Of a DNA stretch of 64,000 nucleotides, positions 41,386-55,895 are shown piece by piece. The stretch comes from the human T2T-CHM13v2.0 reference genome, Homo sapiens, in the NCBI RefSeq assembly GCF_009914755.1, contig NC_060937.1; one strand, 5' to 3'. The notes under the pieces were generated by a model. The model made no database searches, was not told where the DNA came from, and worked only from the letters and a program-made list of their open reading frames with translations. The translations under genes were made by a program, and so were the position numbers. Every line of letters starts with the position of its first letter. The stretch's first letter is position 1.

Positions 41386-44109
41386 TTTCAGAGAAAAATT
41401 ATAACATTCTTTGCATTAAAAGAATACTGGTTTCATATTTCTAGGCAATAATAATGACTGAGACACATTCTGTAGAAAATATAAGTAATTTTCAAAAATA
41501 TGTTTAGCCTTCCACATGGTTTTGATTTGCAATAAGTAGCAAAACTAAAAACTCTTTTATTTAGATGTTTAATTTTCTTTCCCATAAACATATAAAGATG
41601 AAAGCGTATAAATATGTTAAAAGACAGAAAATACTATAAGTTTTCTTTTTTATGCAATGTATACAGATATTTTTAGATTTCAAAATTTTATTAGTTCTAT
41701 AAAACCTTCACATAAAAATGTTTTATTTTCTTACATAATTTGTAGATATTTTTTAATATAATTACATGGAATTTACAGAATTTATTTATCCTTAGCTTCT
41801 AGATTTTTTTCTAATGTATTCCTATGTATATTATATATATATGTAAAAAATACTGAATATATCAATATCATCTATTTCTTATTAAGCCAAAGCCAACAAA
41901 AATGTTATTACCTCACTAAGTGCTTTCAAACAAGAATTCTAATTTTACATAACATGTCCTCTTTTCGTTTTGCTGGAAGGAAATGATACATAAAGAATTA
42001 TTAAGTTGTTGATTAAGACTGTCATCACTGGTTAAGTTGAAGTGTGAGAGAAAATGAAGCAAACTTTATTTACTTCATAAAATACTAATTTAAAAGCTTT
42101 CTTACACAGATTTTCTTAAGTATTTTATGCTTACCAGCTTTTATCTTGTATCACGGTGTATATGAAAACAAGACAAATTAAGAACTGCATTTTGGAAACC
42201 TGTGCCCTTTCCAAAGAAACGGTGCCATTTGCAATGACCATTTCATAATACGTTTATCGGAAACCACCAGGTATCAAGGATTTTCCTATTGTGGCAAACT
42301 GTGGGTCAAACTGATGCTTCAAAAAGGGCAGTCAGTGTTGTATTAAAGCTGGCCTTCTTTTGTTGCAATAAAGAATCTTGAAGCATTGTTAAATAAATAA
42401 ATCCCACGTGGTGCTATTGACCACGAAGCAAACTAAATAGAGTTCTCCTGATGGGAGAGCAGATTATCAAAGTTCAGTACATTAAATTCAGAGCATCCCC
42501 CTTGTGCTAAGGATCTAAGGGCACAAACACGAAACTACTCTTTGTGTTAAGTATCTAAGGCATCGTCACAAAACAATGGTTTACCCAATAGACATTTTGC
42601 TGAAAGCTGAATGTTTGCATGTCAAAATCAATATATTGTTTAATATACCCATTTTCTAAAACCTAAGATAAAGAATACATAACATTTTGTCAAAAATTTT
42701 AATTCTACTTTTAATATTTAAAATGTTAGTCAAATTATAAAAATCTTGACAATATGTCATGAAAAATTAAGTTATTTATGCTGCCAGGTACTGACTCTGC
42801 TATCTACTCTCTACTATGCCTTTTATACTTGTATATCCAAATAGAAGCTAATTTGCAATTTGCTCATGATTTAGTAACATTTATCTCTAATTTTTTATAG
42901 AAGAACATAATTCAAGTGAAAGTTTTTTCAGTAGCATGTTTTCTTGTTCATTGTTTGTTTTCTTTTTTGTTTCTGTTTTATAAAACCAGGTGCTTCTCTC
43001 AGTTATGCCTTTGTGAGCTCTCAAAAGCACTTCGTCTTCAACTACTAAAAACATTTGGTGTTTCAGCACTCCTTTTCAATAAACTTGATTTAGTCTTTAT
43101 CTTCCATATACTTAAAACTGTAAGGAATTGTTTTAGAACAAGTTTACTCTTGTTTTTTTAAAAAAAATTTTACACTTAATGTCTCTTTGAGAAATCTGTT
43201 GTTATGAAGTTTGATTTGCAAAAACAAAATATGTTGTTGGCACCTCGTATACTTTAACACTTCTTTTTTTTATACTTTCTATGTTCTTCTTTAGACTGCA
43301 TGGAAAATGATTTACTGTACATATTAGGTGATTTTTAAGATCTTTCTCTTCAAAAAACTTTGGATCCAGTTATTGTTTTAATTTTATTTCTTCCTCAAAT
43401 AGGTGAAGAATTTTTAGTAGGACTTTCCTTGAAACACTCCTTGTCTACTTAAGATCATTATAATTTTAAAGTTATTTTTTAAATGTTAGGAATTAGAATA
43501 TAATACATAAACACTATAATTATTCATATTTTGCTTAATTTTTATAAACAATTTTTCATATAAAAATATGTTCAGAATAAATTTAGCAGACATTATCTTT
43601 TAATTATTTATAATAACTGGCAATCTATTATTCTAATTATTAAAATGTTCTAAAGTTTTTAATAGATATTTTATTACAGATAATTATGAACAGAACCATA
43701 ATTAAATATTATATTATTTTATTCAAAATAGTTGTTATTACTTTAGCAGACTAATAGAATTTCAAAACATAAAGCACATAAAGTGAATTTTTTACTGCAG
43801 GGTACATCTATAATTCTTACTTTAAAAAAGTGAATATTTTGTATTCAGGCCTTGTTTTTATTACTGACATTTTACTGATGAGATATGATGGTAGCCTGTG
43901 TGCTAACATGATCATTGATCACACACCAGCTCAGGAATGTCAGAGATGACAATGATGTTGACATTTCCCTATTTTGTCTTCAAAAGGCTAGGGCTGAAAT
44001 AGAAGCTAAATGGCAGATTTCAGGTGATTACCATGGCCAGCGGCAAACATGGCACATTTTATTATCCATATACTCCTTCCACAAGTGATCCTAAGTCCTA
44101 GCTTTCTGT

Positions 44110-44350
44110 GTGTAACGTGTTAGTCTATATGCAGGAGTTACAGTGATAAACAAAACAGAGAAAAACACATCCTTCATTCTGCGTCTGGGGAAGAAGAGGC
44201 AAACAACAAGAAGTAAAGAATTAAATACCTCACATGGTCAGATAAGTGTGAAGAAAAGTCAAGTGAGCTGAGAGACTAGAATGAGAGGTGCTGTTTTAGA
44301 AATCATGGTCAGGAAGGTCTCTGAGGAAATTATCACAGAGAAGATGAGGA
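44110..44350 (-). mobile_element. L2 fragment
   Basis: tacagtgataaacaaaacag...ggtcagataagtg...atggtcaggaaggtctctgagga. Confidence 0.55.
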
Positions 44351-44869
44351 CTTAGTCATATAGGTCTCTCCCGTATCACAGTTATAACTTTGCTAAAGAA
44401 TGTCTGCCTCTGTTTTGAAGGAGACCCTGAGGGCCCCCAAAGAGATTTTATTTACCTACCCTCTAAATACAACGAAAATCTGTCTGGCTGTTTCACAAAA
44501 TGTAGACAGATTCGGGTGTTCGTGGCTTAGGCACTACGTTTTATATATTGTGCTTTATATAATCCATTTAAATAAGCATCAGGCTATCGACTTTTTATGT
44601 TAGAATTTCTGTACTTAAGCAACTTTGTTAATCTAAGGAAGCAAATTATAAGCTGTCTATTTAAACAAGAATTATTATGATGTGACCATTTTAGCTTTTA
44701 AGGAAACCAAATTACTATGAAGCGATGGGTAATGAATGCTGCATTTCCTCTCAGCCCTTAATGAGCCTATGCAATGTTAGGTAAAAACTGGAATAGCAAT
44801 GCATTTCATTCGCTATGAGAGAAAGAGGACTTCCACATTTTCAAAACCATGAGAAAGGCTTTTCTTGCT

Positions 44870-45055
44870 TATTTCCCGCAACCATTTCATCATAAAATTT
44901 TCTCCTAACTTGATCATCTCTCACTACCTCCATATCCAATCCATCAATAAATCCAGTCATCTTATTCCTAAACACATTCCAAATCATTCCAGTTATCCAT
45001 TACAGAAATTACTTGCATTTCAGCCACCATCATTTTCTTCCTGAACTACTACATT
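44870..45055 (+). mobile_element. L2 fragment
   Basis: ccatatccaatccatcaataaatcc...cagccaccatcattttcttcctgaactactac. Confidence 0.55.
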
Positions 45056-47444
45056 GTATTGAGTAGAGGGAGGCTGACTTACCATTCTGGGACTTGGACT
45101 AAAATCTGAGGTTGCAAACGGGAACAGCCTGGAACAAATAATTACATGGAAGGCCAGTGTGCACCATGCTATCATTGTTTCTCTCTTATTCCCATGCATT
45201 TCCTTTATCTTATGGTCACATACATAGCCAAGGCCAGATTTAGTGTAGTCAGGTGAGTTGAGGGAAGAATCTGCCTAGGGCTTGGAGAAAACACCCACAG
45301 GGAAGAAAGACAATTGGTTTCAAAGGCTTGGTGAGTTCTGCAGCAGGAGCAGTAGCAGTTGCCAAACAGATGAATGAGTGCAATTACCAGGACAGTTATG
45401 TGGAGCACATAAGCATTGTTCAATAACATGCTGACTTTTTTTTTTGAAGGGAAACCTAATAGAACAAACTTCAGACTTCACATGGTTTAAAAAGTGGAAA
45501 CTCTGAAAGTGTTTATAATTTAAATAAAATGTTTATTTCTGTAGTCAAAAGGCTAGTGAAATTTGGAGACAGATTTGTTAAGCAATATTCTAAATTTAAT
45601 GTTACTGTAAAGAGCAATCTGGGAATATTTACTTCTTTCCAGCTATTGATAGAAATAGGCCACAAAGAGAAATATATTTAAATGGGAGACCAAAGGAATT
45701 AGAGTATTCTATCAGTGCCTCTTTCATCTTCACCCACGAGTCTATTTCCTCAACAATCATATCCCAGATGATATGTCACCAGGTTCATTTTCCAGTCCTC
45801 TTGATTAAGCCAAGATATAACTCAGTGAGGCACATGGATTGAATTCTTTTATATCATTTGAGAGGAATAGCTTCAATTGGTCTCTCAGAGACCTATCAGC
45901 TAAATGAAGTGTCTTAGTGTCCTTGCCATGGGGCAACTAAGGTTTGAACATAATTATGGAAGTTAGGCTTCAGATGTATACAAAATCCTAAAGAATTGGA
46001 ATAATTTTGCTCTCAAGTATTTGAAAAATTTCATTTGATTGTATGTGATTTGTGGTTAAATTCTCTCCAGAATATTACTGCTCATTTTTAAAAAGTCTAT
46101 TTTAGCGTTCAACAGGAGTGCTAAATTAGGGAGGAAAATAATAAACAATAGTTACCTCAGCTATAGATTTTAAACCAAGGATGATGAATCACACAGTTTT
46201 AAAGATTGTAAAGTTTAATTTCAGTTGGTGATGAAGTATTACTCTTCAGGCAATTATATTATGCCAGTGATACACCATTTTAAATCCCTAAAATAGAAAT
46301 ATCCTCTTTAGCTTGATAAAACAGAATACATCTATATTTCTATAAATATGTTTTTTAAGAAAGGATGTATGAAAGTAATAAGGATATTACCAGGCATATA
46401 TTATAGACTTTTTAATAGGAAAGGCACGATAAATTACCCTGAGATTCTATGTGCTTATAATGGCATTATTTCTATCTTGTTGACAAGTCTGTGCTCACCT
46501 TTCATAAAAGCAGAGAATGACTGTATGTATTTATCACAACTCCATAAAGTATATAACAGTTTCTACTTTGTTTCAATTAAGGGGGAAAAAACAGACATAT
46601 AAGTTTAGTAGGAAAAAAAAGCCCTCTATGTGTCCATGAATTCTAAGTTAGGGTGTCTGATTTTTATAGGAAAACAATAATAATAATAATAAAACAGCTT
46701 AACAGTAACAAAGATTCTCAGTCTTTTTTTTTAAGATTGTTGCTTAGTAAGAGAATTATAGCTGGAACAGCTGCAGGAAAATCTGGCACAAAGATAGGGC
46801 TCTGGTTAAGATATGCTCTATTGCTTTCTAAAACAGAAGGAATCACAGTGGCATAAATGTTCAAAAGATGAGAGGGTAAAGCACCTATATAATAGTCTAT
46901 AACATAAAATGTCAATTCTTACTCAACCCTATTCAAACAACCATGCATGATTTCTCCTGAAATTACTACCAGGCTTGATGTTTTGTTCATTAGATTCCTA
47001 TCACCACCTCTACATGGTGTTAAACCAGGGGTGAATAATAGTTGCCCTGCAGCATCATAAAGCGGAACCCCATGCTAACAATCTCTCTGTAACTACAGAG
47101 TGAGAACACTGATTAGCTGTGGAGTGTTACTATGAGGGAAACTTAACTGGCAAACAATTTCTCTTCCATTTTCCCAAGCAATTAGAAGAAATAAAAAGTG
47201 ATGCAGTTTTCACAGGGATTTTGTTGTTTAAAACATACATGAAACTTAGTGTGGCCTTAAAGTTTATGGAAATATTTAAATGCTCTTCTGGGAAGCAAAT
47301 AGAAGAAAGTCTTTAAAAGGGATGCCAAGATTTATTTTGATCTTTAGCTGAAAGCTATTTCCCCAAAGCAATACTTTTGGAATGGAAAAGAAAATAATAA
47401 TGATACTCCTGAGTTTTAGTTTCTGCTCTGTTCAACTCTACCAT

Positions 47445-48299
<855 letters not shown>

Positions 48300-48572
48300 T
48301 TATTCTTCTATCTAATGACAGGTGAAGAAACATCTTTCTAAAACTAACACATCATGAATATAATATTCTTGTATTTAAGGGCACATGGAATAAAATGTTA
48401 AAGCAATCTTTAAAAACTCTCATTTTACTACTGTATAGAAAATATCCAAGTTATACTTCTTCCTTGCAGATATAAATAATAACTCTTTCAAGGAAATAAT
48501 ACATGTTCACATACAAGTAACTTATACAGGTTTTATCTGAAACTTAGAAGGTAACTGAACTTTGTTTATTTT

Positions 48573-48658
48573 AACTACGCTGTTGCTGGTTCTAGCCTAG
48601 ATTCTGTGAAAACACCGTGGCAGTTGCGTACAACTATTGTCGGCGTTTAGCGTTGTTG
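48573..48658 (+). other. Unassigned CpG-rich segment with imperfect hairpin potential, in place of the THE1 LTR end
   Basis: Six CpGs between 48578 and 48652 and ~49% GC in an AT-rich setting. The ends pair (aactacgct / agcgttgtt). It abuts THE1 sequence at tcacagtt. Confidence 0.6.
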
Positions 48659-48970
48659 TCACAGTTTAGCATGGGAAGGCCTCAGGACACTTACAATCAT
48701 GACAGAAGGGGAAGCAAACATGCCTTCTTCACATGGTGGCAGGAAAGACAAGAATGAGAGAAGCGCAGAGCAAAGGGGGGAATAGTGGGGAAAACCCATT
48801 ATGGAACCACCAGATCTCATGAGAACTCACTCACTATCAAGAGAACAGCATGGAGGAACCACCTCCAGGATTCGATTACCTCCCACCAGTTCCCTCTCAT
48901 GATATGTGGGGATTATGGGAATTACAAATTCAAGATGAGATTTGGGTGGGGACACAGCCAAACCATAACA
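48659..48970 (-). mobile_element. THE1 (THE1D-like) LTR lacking ~80 bp at its left end
   Basis: tcacagtttagcatgggaaggcctcagg...cttacaatcatg...gagatttgggtggggacacagccaaaccataaca. Comparison with the intact copy at 27943-28297 shows the first ~80 bp and the left TSD are absent. Confidence 0.92.
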
Positions 48971-49978
48971 ATCATGTATATTATTAAAATAACTATAAAT
49001 TACTGTTAAAATCAGATTTTTATTAAAGACATATCATATTTTACCTGATTTTCTTGCTCCAGTTTTAAAATATTATGGTAATATTTATCATTTAACCTAA
49101 TAAACTGCTTGTCTACAACAACAATGAAATAACTAGCATTCAATAATTATGTTACTTGCAATAGGAGAATGTCATTAAAGACGAACCCACATTCAATGTC
49201 TGACTTACCAAAGGAAATATATAATCAGAAAAACAGCTGCCCATTCTTGAGTAACCAACATAACATTTAAAATTGATCACTGATTGTTCGTTATATTTTT
49301 ACCAAATATCATACTGTTACTATATGGTAAAGAATAAGAAATTAAATAGGATTTAAGGTTAAATTATCGATGCTGAATAATGCCTATTAAAAAATATTAG
49401 AATGAGACATAATTTTTCATCAGCTCTTTATTAGCACACTTACTCCATTAAATATTATTACTTCTAATTATTTTATTTCAAATTAAATCTCCCTCTCATC
49501 ATCAAAAAAAAATCAGCTGAAAGTCCCATATGTGTTATTTTTCAGCATCACCATTAAATAAATCAGCAAATACATTTAAGTGATACTGCTATATTTAAAA
49601 TCAACTGTCAGGATTATTAAACTAACTTGTATTACATGATTTAACAGAAATGTGTTCTAATAAATTGTAATGCAATAATAGAAATCATCTATAAAATATT
49701 AAAGTACATCTTCTATATTACAAATCAATAATAAAATATCTCAAAAAATTAGTAGATACCCTTAACATCAGATTGGAGATGACAGGAGATGGCAGAGAAA
49801 AAAATTAGTTAACTACAGATAGATCAAAAAAGTATTAAATCTGAAGCTCAAGCTAAAAGTAGATCAAAAGAAATTGATAAATCTAAAGAACATGAGAAAA
49901 ATTGTAAAAAGCCATGAAATATGAACAATATTAATCATTGTACATATGTGTGCTTTGAATTTTAAAAGTAGAGGAGAC

Positions 49979-50294
<316 letters not shown>

Positions 50295-50694
50295 CTATCA
50301 TCTGTCCCAAGTGTCAGGACTCCTTGCATTTATTTACCAGTTCAAATTACCCAGAACTAGTTTCTGCTTTTCTGGAACAAAAGATAGAAAACTTGAACAG
50401 GTAGATGTAGAATATGTTAATGATACATTTGTGTATCTTTATGCATTGTTCTCCATGTTCACCAGGGTCTCCTCTACAGGGAGGTAGACTGCCTCTCCAT
50501 TCAGACAAGAGTTATGTTTATGTATTTTCCAAAGCAAATAGGTCCAACTGCAATTGCCAATACAGATTATTTGCATTATAAGCTATCAGCTGAGGAGAAA
50601 ACCATAATCCTGTACTACTCAGCTCAAACTTGCTAGTGTTTATTTCAGAGATGTGAGGTTTGCTAAGCATCAAAAGATATGCAGACTCTTCATT

Positions 50695-51030
50695 CTTTTT
50701 TAAAATTTATTTTATTGAATATGGACAAATTATAATTGCATATACTTACGGGGCACAAAGTGATGCCATGATATCTATACACACAGTGTGGAATGATTGA
50801 ATCAAGCCAGTTAATGTAGTCATTGTCTCAAATATTTATCATTTATTCCTCCTGTTTAACTGGAATGTTGTACACTCGGCACTGTACTCCCCACTCCTCC
50901 CACTCCCCAGCCTTTTGTAGTCATCATTCTACTTCATCTTCTATAAGTTTGATTGTTTTAGATTCCACAAACAAGTGAGAACATGCACTATTTGTTTCCT
51001 GTGCCTGGCTTATTTCATTTAGCATAATTG
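50695..51030 (-). mobile_element. L1MA 3' UTR fragment
   Basis: Similar to 22535-22930: ggggcacaaagtgatg...gtggaatgattgaatcaagc...ttttagattccaca...gtgcctggcttatttcatttagcataat. Confidence 0.8.
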
Positions 51031-51179
51031 GACTCTTTTAGGTATTCTTAAATCCTTTGATCAACAGTTTAGGATCATATAATAGCCTATCTCCATCCAC
51101 CACCACTACCACCATCCCAATATACACAAACAATATGACTAAAATATATTGAAAGGGGAGGATAGCACATAGATTGACA

Positions 51180-52086
<907 letters not shown>

Positions 52087-52239
52087 AAAGAAAGTGAAGA
52101 ATAAAAAGTAATTTTTCAAACATGTATGAATAAACTGCATTTCTCCACTCTGTCTTTTCAATTCAGTTCCATTAAACTCATTAATACATTTAATAAATAA
52201 TTCAAGCTAGCATTGATGCAATGCATAATAAATTACATC

Positions 52240-52450
52240 GCATTCCTGAATGCATTATCATCTTGCTCCTCAGTAATGGTTCTTTAAGATAAGTTTTAAT
52301 ATCATCACACTGCAGATATGAAGCAAAGGCTCAGAAAGTTCAGTGAGTGCCCACAAGCACACAATTATTAAATTACTTATTATGACAGACACCCAAGTTT
52401 ACAGCTTCTCAATACTACAGATCTTCCACTGATCACACTGCCTCCCAAGT
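52240..52450 (-). mobile_element. MIR fragment
   Basis: tgcagatatgaagcaaaggctcagaaagttcagtgagtgcccacaagcacaca. Confidence 0.6.
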
Positions 52451-54808
52451 CAAACTTGGAAATGCTTGATTTTGAAACATAAGGAACAGTAAGAACTATA
52501 TATATCATGGTGCATTAGGTTAGCTCTTCATATGTAACCTTGTCATGAGCATCATAATTATCCATATCTTAAAAAATAGCTTAGATTTCTATTTTAAAAA
52601 AGAAATTCATGTTTCCAGAGAGTATTGCCATCATCTACATTTTCCTAAGCAGATGCAAATTTGGAGCACCAATAGGAAAATGAGTTCGAGCACCATTTGC
52701 TTGAAATAAGTTTTATTTTTAACCTAAAATGTAATGAATGACTCCAAAAATGTAAATGCAAAAATATGTACTTGTGTAGTGTTGGGATGTACTTGTAGAG
52801 TCTATTGTGGAATCATGGAATTCTATGTAGAATGGACCTTAAGTCACATTTCATATTATAAACATGCTTAGTATAAATGAACAAGTGTTGATAAATACAC
52901 AGTAGATAAAGGGATGATTAGAATAAGAAAAAAAGGGAGAGAATGACCAAGAGCAAGAGAAAGAAAAATGGATAGACACATGAGTCCCTTTGTTTTGTTA
53001 CACTGTGCACTGTCAGATAAAATGTTTTATAGGTTTTGGCTAATTCATTGAAAAATGCTCCGCATTTGGTGATGAAAGAATAAAATTAGAAATATAATTT
53101 AATTTCAGAGATCTCAGAATTTTCAGCCAGAATCACCAACTAGTTTAGGATGGTCTTTCACCTCTGCTGCTTTGCATTTCATGCAAAGAAATGTATAAGA
53201 AACATAACCTCACCATTTTATTTCTTTGGGATTGAGACATACTGCATATACACACCTTCTAATTATTTTATGTCAGTTTTAAAGAAGGACCTGAGCTGAA
53301 TGGAGTAATGAAAGGAATATGGTTCCATGTTTGTGACAAGATCAAATGCCTCTTAATCAAAATAGATAAGAAGTAAATACAAGACATGTCTTGAAGAGAC
53401 TTGATCAATATCTTGACAAAAATCACACAGGAGAATAGTGTTTTGCTGTAGCAATTTTAATTATGTTTATTATTCCAGGGCAAGATGGCCAAATAAGAAC
53501 AGCTCAAGTCTGCAGCTCCCAGTGAGACCTACGCAGAATACAGGTAATTTCTGCATTTCCAACTGAGGTACCCGGCTCACCTCATTGGGACTGGTTATAC
53601 AGTGGCTGCAGCCCATGCAGGATGAGCAAAAGCAGGGTGGGGTGTCGCCTCACCTGGAAATGCAAGGGGAGAAGGAATTCCCTCTCCTAGCCAAGGGAAG
53701 CTGTGAGGGACTGTGCCTTGAGGGAGGTTGCTATCCAGCCCAGATATTATGCTTTTCCAATGATCTTCGCATCCCACATACCAGGAGATTGCCTTTACAC
53801 CACCAGGGCCCTGGGTTTCAAGCACATAACTGGACAGCTGTTTGGGCAGACACCAAGCTAGCTGCAGGAGATTTTTTTTGGTACCCCAGTGGCACTGGAA
53901 CACCAGCAAGACAGAACCGTTTACTCCCCTGGAAAAGGGGCTGAAGCCAGGGAGCCAAGTGATCTTGTTCAGTGGATCTTAACCCCACAGAGCCCAGCAA
54001 ACTAAGATCCACTGGCTTGAAATTCTCACTGCCAGCACAGCAGTCTGAAGTTGACCTGGGACACTGGAGCTTGGTATGGGGAGGGACATCTGCCATAACT
54101 GAGGCTTGAGTAGGTGGTTTTCCCCTCACAGTATAAACAAAGCAGCCAGGAAGTTTGGACTGGGCAGAGCCCACCACAGCACTGGCAAAGCCACTGTAGC
54201 CAGATTACCTCTCTAGATTCCTCCTCTCTGGGCAGGACATCTCTGAAAGAAAGGCAGCAGCCCCAGGATTCAGGGGCTTATAGATAAAACTCCCATCTCC
54301 CTGGGACAGAGCAACTAGGGGAAGGGGCAGCTGTGGGGGCAGCTTCAGCAGACTTAAACGTTCCTGCCTGCTGGCTCTGAAGAGAGCAGCGGATCCCTCA
54401 GCACAGTGCTTGAGCTCTGCAAAGGGATACACGGCTTCCTCTAGTGGGTCCCTGACCTGCATGCCTCCTGATGGGGAGAAACCTCCCAGCAGGGGTCAAC
54501 AGACACCTAATACAGGGGAGCTCCAGCTGGCATCTGGAGAGTGCCCCCTTGGGATGAAGCCTTCAGAGGAAGGAGCAGGCAGCCATCTTTGCTGTTCTGA
54601 AGCCTCTGCTGGTGATACCCAGGAAAACAGGGTCTGGAGAGGACCCCCAAAAAACTCCAGCAGACCTGCAGAAGAGGGGCCTGACTCTTAGAAGGAAAAC
54701 TAAAGAACAGAAAGCAATAGCATCAACATCAACAAAAAGGATGACCACGCAAAAACTCCATCCGAAGGTCACCAATAGCAAAGACCAAAGGTAGATAAAT
54801 CCACGAAG

Positions 54809-55832
54809 AAGAGGAAAAACCAACACAAAAAGGCTGAAAATTCCAAAAACCAGAATACCTCTTCTCTTCCAAAGGATCACAGCTCCTCACCAGCAAAGGA
54901 ACAAAAACGAAAGGAAAATGAGTTTGACAAATTGACACAAGTAGGCTTCACAAGGTGGGTAATAACAAACTCCTCCAAGCTAAAGGAGCATGTTCTAACC
55001 CAATACAAGGAAGCTAAGAACCTTGAAAAAAGGGTAGAGGAATTGCTAACCAAAATAACCTGTTTAGAGAAGAACATAAATGACCTGATGGAGCTGCAAA
55101 ACACAGCACAAGAACTTCGTGAAGCATACACAAGTATCAATAGCTGAATCAATCAAGCAGAAGAAAAGATATCATAGATTGAAGATCAACTTAATGAAAT
55201 AAACCCTGAAGATAAGATTGGAGAAAAAAGAATGAAAAGAAATGAACAAAGCCTCCAAGAAATATGGAACTATGTGAAAAGACCAAACCTACATTTGATT
55301 GGTGTACCTGAAAGTGATGAGGAGAATAGAATCAAGTTGGAAAATACACTTCAGGATATTATCCAGGAGAACTTCCCTAACCTAGCAAGACAAGCCAACA
55401 TTCAAATTCCAGAAATAAAGAGAACACCACAAAGATACTCCTGGAGAAAAGTAACCCCAAGACACATAATTGTCGATTCACCAAGGTTGAAATGAAGGAA
55501 AAAATGTTACGGGCAGCCAGAGAGAAAGGTCGGGTTACCCACAAAGGGAAGCCTATCAGACTAACAGTGGATCTCTCTACTGAAACCCTAAAAGCCAGAA
55601 CAGAGTGTAGCCCAATACTCAACATTCTTAAAGACAATAATTTTCAATCCAGAATTCCATATCAGGCCACACTAACCTTCATAAGTGAAGAAGAAATAAA
55701 ACCTTTACAGACAAGCAAATGCTGAGGCATTTTGTTACCACCAGGCCTACCTTACAAGAGCTCCTGAAGGAAGCACTAAATTGGGAAAGAAAAACCTGGT
55801 ACAAGCCACCATAAAAACAAACCAAAATGTAA
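54809..55832 (+). pseudogene. Disrupted L1 ORF1p (RNA-binding protein)
   Basis: Fragments NEQSLQEIWNYVKRPNL, IIQENFPNLARQANIQI and MKEKMLRAAREKGRVTHKGKPIRLT. The start codon position reads AAG. Contains stops and frameshifts. Confidence 0.9.
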
Positions 55833-55895
55833 AGATCATAGACACTATGAAAAAGCTGCACCAAGTAATGGGCAAAATAACCAGCTAGCATCATA

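Noticed and set aside
44472-44523. 9 bp stem aatctgtct/agacagatt with nearby CpGs
   Set aside because: A stem of this size is expected by chance in 64 kb and has no other support
48555-48650. Short open frame LNFVYFNYAVAGSSLDSVKTPWQLRTTIVGV
   Set aside because: Only 31 codons, no ATG and no recognised homology
48560-48660. Resemblance of the anomalous segment to tRNA, Cas9 tracrRNA (ttattttaact), a preQ1 riboswitch (ggttctagc) or an integron attC site
   Set aside because: No T-loop or correct cloverleaf spacing. The tracr-like words are short and in inconsistent orientations. There is no preQ1 P1 stem, and the RYYYAAC/GTTRRRY boxes are not satisfied.
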